DNA of 40,862 nt. Origin: Octopus sinensis. Its lineage: Eukaryota. The stretch spans positions 1 through 40,862 of the forward strand of contig NW_021835308.1 of the NCBI RefSeq assembly GCF_006345805.1. The letters run 5' to 3'. The first letter of the stretch is position 1. The number at the start of each line of letters is the position of its first letter. Below the pieces are notes generated by a model, which saw only the letters and a list, made by a program, of their open reading frames with translations, searched no databases and was not told the DNA's origin. Position numbers and translations under genes: made by a program. Of the stretch, positions 12,271 through 23,731 are shown piece after piece.

Positions 12271-12537
12271 TGTCACTAATTGTGTATGCGCCTTTCATCT
12301 CTGTAGTTAAGCGGACTTTGCATTGTTCATCTAAGAAGCTCGACACACACACACACACACATACACACACACACAGGCACACAGACACACACACACACAC
12401 ACATTCACATATACGCACAAACACATACATAAGGATACAAATACACTGACATTCACTCGAAAAGGGTCGCAACTTGAGACACTGCGATCGAAGACACCCG
12501 TTGTCTTCTCCTTTCTATCTATCTATTTATGTATCCT

Positions 12538-12628
<91 letters not shown>

Positions 12629-12660
12629 GTCTGTCTGTCTGTCCGTCCGTCCGTTCGTCC

Positions 12661-12691
<31 letters not shown>

Positions 12692-12694
<3 letters not shown>

Positions 12695-13018
12695 GAAAGA
12701 CGACACTATTTTAAGCGTAAATCTGTGACCAAAAGAGACAACGAGAGGTAAGGCGACTTATCATGTGTTCATTTTCGAACTGTCTGAGGTGACCTTGGTC
12801 TTTTTTGTAGGTTTTTCTTTCCAGGGCTACACCTAAACTGTGAACTTTATATATATATATATATTATATTTTTATACACCACACAACCTACAGATCCCTA
12901 GTGATCGAACATTTTTTTTCTTTGTGTCCCACCCATCCCACCTCGAAAACAAAAAACTCTACATTGTATTTCGTCCATTTTTATTCTCTGTTTAGCCCTG
13001 TGTGGCCACAATAAAAAG
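12692..13018 (+). mobile_element. Tx1/L1-type LINE copy A (diverged subfamily, 3' end only)
   Basis: ORF end [11 protein letters not shown] aligns with MNDEATLSIIL* of copy C; 3' UTR motifs gaggtgaccttggtc..gtaggtttttctttcc and agccctgtgtggccacaataaaaag; (TATC)n on both sides. Confidence 0.75.
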
Positions 13019-13049
13019 TTATCTATCTGTCTATCCGTCCGTCCGTCCG

Positions 13050-13096
<47 letters not shown>

Positions 13097-13099
13097 GTA

Positions 13100-13183
<84 letters not shown>

Positions 13184-13185
<2 letters not shown>

Positions 13186-14637
13186 CCCTCCGTCGTGGGA
13201 CACTAGACCGACGGCCCGGTCGAGTTGCTCGGGTCTGGTTTGGTCCGGACCTACAAATGGCGAAGAACTGGAACGAGATAACTACTAGGGTTGTCACTCT
13301 CGCCCGGCAATGAGTCGAGAGGAAACTGTCCCTACTACCGCCTGACCGTCGTACCTTGTACCGACCCTACCATCACCAAACTAGAACGCATCCTCTTCCG
13401 CTTCTTGTGGAAAGGATGCGTCCGAAGGTCAGGCGATCCATTTGCTGTCAACACCCGTTAAAAGGAAGGCTGGGCATGCCATGGTTGATGATGCGCTGAG
13501 ACTGCGACATCTCCGGCTCTTCGTAGACGACGGTGAACAGGTGTGGTCGCCGTTTGTGAGGCACGCTACCCGCAGCTCGTTCTCCATGTCCGAACTGCAG
13601 TCATGGATCAAAAAGTGGCCGAGGAAGGGCGAATGGCACCGCGAGTGTTACGTTGCTCTCAAGTAACTATGCCGACAACCAAAGCATTCTATAGGGGATT
13701 AGTGGAGGGGGGTACGACGACGATCTCGGGGCGAACCTGGGCGTCGACGAGGAATACCTGACCCGCCTGTTTAAGACGACTTTAGGGCCGGGACCTATGG
13801 ACAACTTCCAGAGATCCCTGGCCTGGCAGTGCTACCGAGAGGCGCTACCCGTTCGGGATAAGCTCTACAGACACGGCTCGAGAAACACGGTGCCAACCTG
13901 CCCAAGATGCGGTCAGAGCGACGAAACCGTTCTGCGCGCACTCGTGCACTGTCCAATCATTTCCGACCTGTGGGCTTATGTCGAACGACTGCTGTCACGT
14001 GTGGGATGAGTCGGTTTATCAGCCGAGTCTATCATCAATATCGTCAATATCGTCACGCCTCCTTCCTTCAAACGGAAAGGAAGAGCTATTTTCATCATAC
14101 TTGTGGCTATGGCGAAAGAATGCATCTGGTCGACATGTCTGAAAGGATTAGAGACAAACACTTTCCTCTCTGGTCAATCTCTCATCAACTTCTTCAAGTA
14201 TCACCTGAAAAGGAAAGTGAGAGTAGAGAGGCAAGTTTTGTGTAGCGAATGTTTCAAAAAAAGATGGGTGAATGTAGCAAGGATGGCACGTATGAATGAC
14301 GAAGCCACCACGAGTATGATCCTATGAACCCGGAAAAATTTAAAACAGAGAGTTACTTACTTGCAAATAAATGTGTTAACATGTGAAATTATTGACCGAG
14401 GTTACCGTGGTATTTTCCGTAGGCTTTTCTTTCCACAGATAAACCTCATCTGTTTCCCACTTTACATTCTTTATCATGACATTTCTATGATACACGATCC
14501 CTATTGATCGTTTTTTTCCTTTTTACGATCCCTTTTGATCGAAAACCTACCCCTCTTTTTTTTTCTCCCCCAAAACAAAAGCTCTGCCTTGTAGTTTGTC
14601 TCGTCTGTGTTCAACCCTGCGTGGCTAATAAAGAAAC
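13184..14637 (+). mobile_element. Tx1/L1-type LINE copy B (5'-truncated, disrupted ORF2)
   Basis: Colinear with 20885-22468; encodes MDNFQRSLAWQCYREALPVRDKL..CPRCGQSDETVLRALVHC (zf-RVT-like); stops and deletions; ends gtggctaataaagaaac then (TATC)n. Confidence 0.92.
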
Positions 14638-14638
14638 A

Positions 14639-14722
<84 letters not shown>

Positions 14723-15269
14723 CTCATCAACTTCTTCAAGTACCACTTGAAAAGGAAAGTGAGAGTAGAGAGGCAAGTTTTGTCTAGCGAATGTTTTAAA
14801 AAAAGATGGGTGAATGTAGCAAGGATGGCACGTATGAATGACGAAGCCACCTTGAGCATAATCCTATGAACCCAGAAATTGAAAACAGAGGGTTACCCAC
14901 TTGCAAACAAATGTGGTAATATATAACAATATTGACAAAGGTTACCGTGGTCTTTTTCGTAGGCTTTTCTTCCCAGGATAAACCTTACTTGCTTTCCCCT
15001 TTACACCATATATCATAACACTGTGATACACGATCCCTATTGATCGTTCTTTTTTTTCCTCTTCCCCTTTTTTCTTCTTTTTTCATTTCTCTTTTCTTCT
15101 GTTCCTTTTCCTTTTCTTTTTTTCTTTTTATTCTTTTTATTTTTTATTCTATTTATTTATTATTATTTCTTTTTTCTTTTGTTTTTTGTTTTTTTCATCC
15201 CCCAAAAGAAAAGCTCTACCTTGTAACTTGTCCCATCTGTGTGCAGCCCTGTGTGGCTAATAAAGAAAC
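14723..15269 (+). mobile_element. Tx1/L1-type LINE copy C (5'-truncated)
   Basis: NFFKYHLKRKVRVERQVLSSECFKKRWVNVARMARMNDEATLSIIL* plus full 3' UTR ending gtggctaataaagaaac; (TATC)n on both sides. Confidence 0.92.
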
Positions 15270-15356
<87 letters not shown>

Positions 15357-16024
15357 GCTAGCTAGCTAGGTGATAGATAGACACACACACGCCCACACAC
15401 ATATATGCACACCAATACAATCACATATGTAACCACTACCGCACATAGGCGCGCAGATATGTCTTTGTGGCTAAAAATTTGGATTGGACACATTGTTCAA
15501 TCCATAAACACCGTGCGCAAATGCATTTTTTTCTACTACAGTGTGCAGTTAGCCATTCGTGGGATTTTGTGAAGGGAAGCGGTGTAAAAAACCTTGGATA
15601 TATGTGTGTGCTCGCGCTTTTGTATGTTTATGAAGATTTATATATATATATATATACATACACATACATTTATACATGCATATATGTACGTGTATATGTA
15701 TGGATGCATGCACTTGTGTGTGCGTGCGCATGTATATGTAAAAAGTGGAAAGAAGTATAACGCAAAACGGCCAGTGATTTTAATTATGAGAGCAAAGACC
15801 AGGTAGGATGTATGGAATACCGTACTCGCAAATTTCGTACTTAAATTTTCCGTAACGGATAGAGGTGGAACTGGGGGAAGTTTTAACAACCAAGTATGAT
15901 AATGGAACCTAATTTCAAAAGAGTGTAAGACTAAACTGCTGTTGTAATCTAGATGCTTAAGAATAAAAATAACCGCCAAGAAAAAGACGGCCAATATGAT
16001 ATTTGCTGTGGATGCGACGGACAA

Positions 16025-16068
16025 CTATGGACAACTGTTTCGGCCTCGATTTTTCCTCGTCAGCATGG
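16025..16068 (-). ncRNA. Minimal type I hammerhead ribozyme motif
   Basis: Minus strand ccAUG-CUGACGA-GG(aaaaaucgagg)CC-GAAAC-aguu-GUC-CAUag: all core nucleotides canonical; stem I 3 bp + mismatch + 1 bp, stem II 2 bp, stem III 2-3 bp. Confidence 0.5.
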
Positions 16069-16919
16069 TGCTATCACGACTTACCTACGATGAGTTTTAG
16101 ATACCTTAACAAATTCTAAAAGAATTTTATCAATGGCTAATTGCAATTTGTATAGTTAAAACTAAAAGGTGCACAAAAGGTGATACTGGCATGATGTAGT
16201 TGGGCGCACTAAATGCCTCACTTGATAAACTCTTAATTTATTCGTATTTCTTTTACGAACTAATAAGAAACATAACAATAAATGTTATCATTATATGGAC
16301 TGTACAAGTGTTGTTAACATGAATTAAACCCATTTTTCAACCAAACGTTCAGGCATTGTGGATCTAGGTCTAAATTATCTAAAGGTGTTATTATAAAGTG
16401 ACAATAGAGAGTGATATAAGCGTCGCGTAACTGCTATTTCTGTCAGGTGTATCCATCGCGTAGTTATTTCTTGAATTTAGGATGTGCACTATAGGTTGTA
16501 TGAGGGAGTTTTAAACCAGAAAACATTCATTTTTACACAAGCAGAAACTAGCACACACACACACACACACTCACGCACACACATACACACACATGTGTAT
16601 ATACATGCACTTAATTTTAGACACACACACACATAAACATAAACATATAATGCACATATAAACACACAAACACACATATTAGTTTAACATATCCCACACA
16701 AGCCGCAGTATATGGAAAAAAATATTAAATGCATAATTTCTTTTCTATTGTAATTGAGTTATTCTAAAATATATAATTACAATCAAAATACTTCAAAATA
16801 CATGGGAATTGAAACCGGTATGTAATTATGTAATTTGCAAAACACACGGTAACATTATATTTGAAAATAGTTCAATTATAATACAAAGGAATTGTGAAAT
16901 TTCTTTTATATTTATTTTT

Positions 16920-16946
16920 ATATATATATATATTATATAATATATC

Positions 16947-17013
<67 letters not shown>

Positions 17014-17167
17014 ATATATATAATATAATATAATATAATATAATATAATATAATATAATATAATATATATATGTATATACATATATATAATATAATATAA
17101 TATAATATATATATGTCGTCTTCTAAGAGTTATACGTTCTTGTCCATGTTGTATTTTTCTACATACC

Positions 17168-17235
<68 letters not shown>
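16920..17235. repeat. (AT)n/(TATAA)n low-complexity tracts
   Basis: Directly visible. Confidence 0.9.
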
Positions 17236-17236
<1 letters not shown>

Positions 17237-17494
17237 CGTATGCTTAAATTATTTGAATTGGTGTATAGAATTTATATATTTAGAAGAAAGAGGTAGTCAG
17301 AAATTTAGATAATTATTTATTTCGCGCCTTCATTTCGCTTTATTGATTCATCAGGAATGATTTTTGTTGCAGAAAGTGTATGCCTTTCATATATTTGTGA
17401 GTTGGAGGAAAAGAATCTGGAGTTGAACTGGGAAGAAAATCTTTCTTTTATATTTTGCTTCTGTATGCGCGTGTCCGTGTACTGATATATCTAT

Positions 17495-17871
17495 GTGGAG
17501 GCGTAATGGCCCAGTGGTTAGGGCAGCGGACTCGCGGGCGTAGGATCGCGGTTTCGATTCCCAGACCGGGAATTGTGAGTGTTTATTGAGCGAAAGCACC
17601 TAAAGCTTCACAAGGCTCCTGCAGGGGGTGGTGGTGAACCCTGCTGTGCTCTTTCACTACAACTTTATATTACTCTTTCTTCCTGTTTCTGTTGTACCTG
17701 TATTTCAAAGGGCCAACCTTGTCACACTCTGTGTCACGCTGAATCTCCTCGAACTACGTTAAGGGTACACGTGTCTGTGGAGTGCTCAGCCACTTGCACG
17801 TTAATTCCACGAGCAAGCTGTTCCGTTGATCGTATCAGCTGGGACCCTCATCGTCGTAACCGACGGAGTGC
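17495..17871 (+). mobile_element. tRNA-derived SINE family 2, full length
   Basis: A-box TGGCCCAGTGG, B-box GTTTCGATTCC, 3' end gtaaccgacggagtgc + (CTA)n; homologous copies at 23386-23495 and 25840-26220. Confidence 0.9.
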
Positions 17872-18379
17872 TCCTACTACTACTATATATATATATTTGT
17901 GTATGTGTGTGTATGAGTGTGTGTTTGTGTACGTGTGAGTGTGTGGATTTTTGGAGGTATTGTTGGAGGGAAAAAAGGACAAAGAAAGAAAGTAAAAAAG
18001 AAAATCGTCTTTTTCTAGTATGGTTAAATCGCGTTGTATTTTTTGGGCTCCAGCTATAGAAAGGGGTCTTTTTTTTTTGGAGATGGTTGAAGTTGATTGT
18101 AATTCAAGCGGTCAATTTTCTTTTAGTCATTTTTTAATGTTTGTCAGTTGCCGTGTCATCCAGTTGTAGAAAATAGACTCTCGCAAACTTGTTGTGAAAG
18201 ATTATTAAAATGTGTGTACGTGTGTGTGTGTGTGCTTAAGCGTATGTGTGTGAGAGAGTGTGTATGCGTGTTGTATGATGCTTGTTTAAATGAATTTTAA
18301 AATTAATTTTAGTAACAGCAATCAGAACCTTTTTAGTAATGATTATAAGGATTTCGCATGTGTTCAGAAATATAGATTT

Positions 18380-19692
18380 TTTAACGTTCAATTTGGGTAA
18401 CAATTTTTCGCGAAATGTACTTTCATTGCTTTTCGGTACTCTGAGTTATTAATTGAGCATGTGTAGATCTCGGATCTGCTATTTCCATATATTTCTAGAT
18501 GACTACTTTGTGAAATTTTCCGTAATTCTTTTTGTGTGATGTGTTGTCTAGGGACTCTTGCCCACTGGCAAAGGTGATTGATGGTTTCATTAATATAATT
18601 TTATGAGCAATTGGGCAGGTTATGCAGTGTATGAGATTCTGAGTCTTGCAGTTCATATCAGCACTTACTTGGACGGAAAATCCGCTTAAATGTCTATAAG
18701 GGAATCGGTGTCCAAATATTTGAAGTTCTTGTTGTTACATATTCCACATGTATTATCTCCATCGACCATAACAGAGAATTATGAATTATCCTCTGGTGAG
18801 AATTTTCAGAAATGTTTCATCAAGATTTTTTTTTGTCTGACTTTTACTGTTTCGTATATGGTTTTCATCAGCCAGATATTTCATGTTAGAGCTTTGGAAG
18901 AATATTGCTAGGTTTGTGGATCACTCCTGGATTAATTGTATTGATAAATGGAACAGTAAATGCTCTATTTTTTTTTCTTAGGTGTCCTCAGTTGTAATAT
19001 GTCCAGTTTCATCGTCTTTATACTTCTATCATTTTATTAATTTTGAGCTGCATTTCTATTTGTTTGAGGAAGCCTTTGTGCTTAGACAGTCGAATGTGAA
19101 GTATTTTCCGATGAACTACTTTTGTACAGATACATCTGGCCATTACTGTATAGAATATTCCGTTTGATGTTTTAAAGGATGGGGGAGATTTGAAGTTCAA
19201 ATACTGATGTGTGTATGTTGTTTGTTTTTTATAAAATATATCCGTTGTTACTGTGGAGTCGCGTATTTTGATGTGAATATCTTGAAACAGTAGGTCGTTA
19301 TGATTTGTTTCTTTTGTGAAGTTGACAGATAGGTGAAAGGTATTCAGAATACTTATTGAATATTTGTAGATCATGTGATTTCTTCCCAAGAATAAAGCAG
19401 TCATTGAGGAAGCGTTTCCATTTTTCAATGACATTTCTAGAAATGTTTAAGAGTTTTCTCTGCTCGCTTTTCACCTTTCTTCTACAAAGCCTATTACCAA
19501 GTAAGCATATGAGGATGCAAATTCCATTCTCATAGCTGTGCCTTTTATTAGTCAATATATCTCAAAGTTAAAGATGTTCTGCTCTAGTACCAGGTGTGCA
19601 GACATGGTAACGAAATCCGTTTTAAAAAGTTCATCTTCTCTCTATATTTTTCTACCCAGTGTTTGATATCTTCCAGGCTAAACGTGCGAGGT
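18380..19692 (-). mobile_element. Penelope-like element relic (RT C-terminal half + GIY-YIG endonuclease), pseudogenised
   Basis: Minus-strand fragments LVLEQNIFNFEIY*LIKGTAM; WKRFLNDCFI (RFLDD site); NFTKE..LLFQDI..TTDIFYKK..THQYLNFKS; MNCKTQNLIHCITCPIAHKNYINET (GIY-YIG-like); many frameshifts. Confidence 0.85.
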
Positions 19693-19745
19693 ATATTAGT
19701 ATAACAATAATATGTACACACACACATCACTCACACACACAAACA

Positions 19746-19791
<46 letters not shown>

Positions 19792-19841
19792 CAAACATAC
19801 ATATATATATATATATATAATATAATATATATATATATATA

Positions 19842-20185
19842 GGCGCAGGCGTGGTTTGTAATAAAAAGCTTGTTTGGAAACCACATGATTCTGGGTACAG
19901 TCCCACTTCGTGGCACTTAGAGCAAGTGTCTTCTACTTATAGCCTCAGGCTGACCAAAGCCTTGTGAGTCGATTTGGTAGGTGGAAACTGGAAGAAGCTC
20001 GTCGTATATATGTATATATGTATGTATGTCTTTGTGTCTGTGTTTGCTCCCGATCGCCGCTTGACAACCGGTGTTGGTGTGTTTACCTACCCATAAATAT
20101 AGCGGTTCGACAAGAAAGTTCGATAGAATAATTAGCAGGCATTAAAAAAGTTCTGGCCGCAGTTTAATGACTAGAACAAGTGAAA
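19842..20185 (+). mobile_element. SINE family 1 (older, diverged copy)
   Basis: ggcgcaggcgtgg..cagtcccacttcgtggcac..gccttgtgagtcgatttggtag.. colinear with 36271-36660. Confidence 0.8.
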
Positions 20186-20603
20186 CAGAAGTGAGTGAGT
20201 ATACGGTACTCCAATGTTACCTGTTTCGGATCGACTGTAAATATCATTCGACGGAAAGAAAAAAATAAGCAGAGCAGACGATAGCATAGATATAACTTTT
20301 AGCCTATTACTGCCGAAAATTATTTGAAATGGCAATGATAACTTCTGATTATGTATGTTTAGATCAAATTACCGTTGGTAGTATAACTCATTATTTGTAA
20401 TTTATATGAAGTTTTGCGTGAGTTATATCTCTTGCCGGACTAACGATATCAAATGTAAGCACACGCAGAAGCATATATGATATCTATCTGTCTGTCTGTC
20501 TGTCTTTCTGCCTGTCTATCTATCTGTTTATCTATGTATTTATCTGTCTGTCTGACTGTTTTTATTTATCTATCTATCTATCTATCTATCTGTCTGTCTG
20601 TCT

Positions 20604-22468
20604 GTAGGCTTTTCTTTCCACGGGTAAACCTCACCTGTCCTCCCCTTTACACTTCATATTGACATTTCTGTGATAACGATCCCTATTTTTCTTTTTTTTT
20701 TGCCCCCCCCCCCTTTTTTAACCACTCCCTTTTTTTGTCCTCTTTCTTTCCTTTTACGCACATCGAGCGGGTCGGCGAGACACTGAAAGACTACGAAGCG
20801 GTGACAGGAGCAAAAATCAACCGGGAAAAGTCAGTGGGCTTGCGGCTCGGCACCTGGAGAAGCAAGCCCATGCCGTCCACCAGTACCTCCGTCGTGGGAC
20901 GCTGGCAGAGACGGCCCGGTTGAGTTGCTCGGGGTCTGGTTCGGTCCGGACCTCCAAATGGAGAGAACTGGAACGAGATAACGAGTAGGGTGGTCACTCT
21001 CGCCCAGCAATGGGCCGAGAGGAAACTGTCCCTAAAAGGTCGGGCGGAGGTGGTGAACGCGTACATCGCGTCCATCATCTACTACCGCCTGACCGTCGTA
21101 CCTTGTCCCGACCCTACCATCACCAAACTAGAACGCATCCTCTTCCGCTTCTTGTGGAAAGGATGCGTCCCGATGGTCAGGCGATCCATTTGCTGTCAAC
21201 ACCCGTTAAAAGGAGGGCTGGGCATGCCGTGGTTGATGATGCGCAGACACGCGCTGAGACTGCGACATCTCCGGCTCTATGTAGACGACGGTGAACAGGT
21301 GTGGTCGCCGTTTGTGAGGCATGCATTCCCGCAACTCGTCTCCATGACCGAACTACAGTCGTGGATCAAAAAGAGGCCGAGGAAGGGCGAATGGCACCGC
21401 GAGTGTCGCGTTGCTCTCAAGCAACTCTGCCGTCCCGGGTCGACCTTGAGTGACTTCAACACAACCAAAGCATTCTATAGGGGATTAGTGGAGGGGAGGT
21501 ACGACGACGAGCTCGGGGCAAACCTGGGCGTCGACGAGGAATACCTGACCCGCCTGTTTCAAACGACTTTCGGCCCGGGACCTATGGACAACTTCCAGAG
21601 ATCCCTGGCCTGGCGGTGCTACCGAGAAGCGCTACCCGTTCGGGATAAGCTCTATAGGCATGGCTCGAGAAACACGGGGCCGACCTGCCCAAGATGCGGG
21701 CAGAGCGACGAAACCGCTCTGCACGCAATCGTGCAGTGTCCAGCAATTTCCGACCTGTGGGCTTATGTCGAACGACTGCTGTCACGTGTGGGACGTGTCG
21801 GTTTATCAGCCGAGTCTATCGTTAATATCGTCACGCCTCCTTCCTTCAAACGGGAAGGAAGAGCTATTTTTATCATACTTGTGGCTATGGCGAAAGAATG
21901 TATCTGGTGGACGCGCCTGAAAGGATTAGAGACAAACACTTTCCTCTCTGGTCAATCTCTCATCAACTTCTTCAAGTATCACTTGAAGAGGAAAGTGAGA
22001 GTAGAGAGGCAAGTTTTGTCTAGTGAATGTTTTAAAAAAAGATGGGTGAATGTAGCAAGGATGGCACGTATGAATGACGAAGCCACCTTGACTATGATTC
22101 TATGAACCGTAAAAATTAATACAGAGAGTTGCTTATTTGCAAAAAAATAAAAAGAAATATAACATGTGACTTCATTGACCGAGGTTACCGTGGTCTTTTC
22201 CGTAGGCTTTTCTTTCCACGGGTAAACCTCACCTGTTCTCCCCTTTACACTTCATATTGACATTTCTGTGATAACGATCCCTATTGATCAATTTTTTGCT
22301 CTCCCCCCACCTTTTTTTTTTTTTTTATTAACCCCTCCCTTTTTTTGGTCCTCTTTCTTTCCTTTTACGATCCCTTTTGATCGAAAACCACCACTCCCTT
22401 TTTTTTACCCCCAAAAGAAAAGCTCTACCTTGTAATTTGTTCTATCTGTGTGCAGCCCTGTGTGGCTA
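20604..22468 (+). mobile_element. Tx1/L1-type LINE copy D with an extra 3' UTR piece at its 5' end
   Basis: (TATC/TGTC)n upstream, (TATC)n downstream; 20604-20758 repeats the 3' UTR at 22202-22369. Confidence 0.92.
20759..22105 (+). pseudogene. LINE ORF2 C-terminal region (RT thumb + CCHC zf-RVT-like finger), 5'-truncated
   Basis: LKDYEAVTGAKINREKS (L1/Tx1 RT post-YADD segment), compensating frameshifts near 20906 and 20965, then a 371-codon open frame with GGLGMP and CPRCGQSDETALHAIVQC; catalytic YADD absent. Confidence 0.9.
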
Positions 22469-23083
22469 CATATCTATCTATCTATCTATCTATCTATCTA
22501 CCTATTTGTTCGAATTTTAGAGAATAGGGGCTTAAAATGAGCAGACAGTTTGATATCTTATTATATTTGATTATTAAATATTTAGAAATGCAATTAACCG
22601 TTAATATCTGCGCGTGCGTACGCGTTTGTATGGAGGAATATATTATCTAACTAAAAAGAGAAACTAAACATCATTTATTTTATTATCAATCGTGTTTGTT
22701 TCCTTAGAAAAAGAACCCTGCAGTGTTGGTAGATTGCTCTCAACGTTTTACCAGTTTTTGAATGTATTTTAAAGCGTAACACGTAGTTCTCGTAACGAAG
22801 TTTCTTTGATGTCTTCTGCCGTGTAATAGTCGGCGACGTTAATATGGTGGATTTCATCTTCGGGGAAAAAAATTCGAGAATGCTAAATCCGAAATTAGGG
22901 CGGCTAGAGAATGAGAGTCTTTTGATGGTTTGCCAAAAGATCACGAATATTGAGTGAAGCGTGAGCATGTGCGTTGACGTGGTGTAGCGTTCGTATTTTG
23001 TTGGGTCACGCTTCAGGCCTCTTTCTTTGCACTCGTTCTTTCAAACGCCTCAGTGAAAACATCTTATTGATTAATTTATGCAG

Positions 23084-23197
23084 GCGAAGCAACCTTGGAT
23101 GGAAATACTGATGTGAATGAAATAGTGTGTATAGCAACAGGGAACAAAAGTAGCTGTAATATTTTGTCACACACAAATATCTCAAAAACTGTTTCAG
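23084..23197 (+). other. Candidate symmetric phase-1 exon (114 bp, unassigned)
   Basis: ttaatttatgcAG acceptor, cag|GTgaat donor, open frame EATLDGNTDVNEIVCIATGNKSSCNILSHTNISKTVS. Confidence 0.3.
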
Positions 23198-23385
23198 GTG
23201 AATATATTAATCTAATTGTCGCTTGGTTAGCTTTCGCACAAATTAACAATCCTTGCACCAAGTGCCTATTTAACGGGACTTATCAAGGCTAATGATACAG
23301 TATTCGGTATTTTTACAAGGTATCCATGTTTAACTAGATATAAAGATTACGCTTTGGTGTCACTACTACTTCTATTGCTAATAGT

Positions 23386-23495
23386 GTGGAGGCGCAATGG
23401 CCCAGTGGTTAGAGCAGAGGACGCGCGGTAGTAGAATCGTGGTTTCGATTCCCAGACCGGGGTGTAGTGACACCTAAAGCTCCACGATGCTCCGG
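23386..23495 (+). mobile_element. SINE family 2, 5' fragment
   Basis: gtggaggcgcaatggcccagtggttag..gtttcgattcccagaccgg..cacctaaagctccacga; abuts the broken 3' end of the mariner. Confidence 0.85.
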
Positions 23496-23731
23496 AATAC
23501 AGCAGACGTCGAGAGGTCGGGAGAGTTAGAGGGATGAGGAAAGATTTCATAGTCGCAGGAGTGTGCTGTCATCTGGGCAACATGCGATTTGTGAACTGGG
23601 GTGTTGTCTTGGATGAGGCAGACTCCGTTGGTTAGCGTGCTACAATTCTCTGTTTTGATGACGTCGCATTTTCTGCAGCAGAGAAGCATAATTGTGGTGT
23701 CGTTTGCCAGAAAATCCATCTTCACTTTTCT

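Noticed and set aside
11380-12472. Long poly-Asp/Met/His/Ser/Leu/Val ORFs up to 296 aa
   Set aside because: All six frames are homopolymer readouts of a (GAT)n/(CTA,CTG)n array; no splice or domain evidence.
15638-16024. 128-aa hydrophobic minus-strand ORF resembling a membrane protein; plus-strand VDATDNYG resembling a cadherin motif
   Set aside because: No ATG or convincing splice sites, the ORF runs into a microsatellite, and the plus frame has stops.
17331-17358. CUGAUGA...GAAA on the minus strand (also 18846-18875 and ~35428-35452)
   Set aside because: No stem II or stem I pairing; the latter two lie within retroelement coding remnants and are chance matches.
17495-17570. tRNA-like sequences with A and B boxes (also 10806, 23386, 26150-26220, 36271)
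   Set aside because: No complete cloverleaf; each continues into a repeated SINE body, so these are SINE heads and not tRNA genes.
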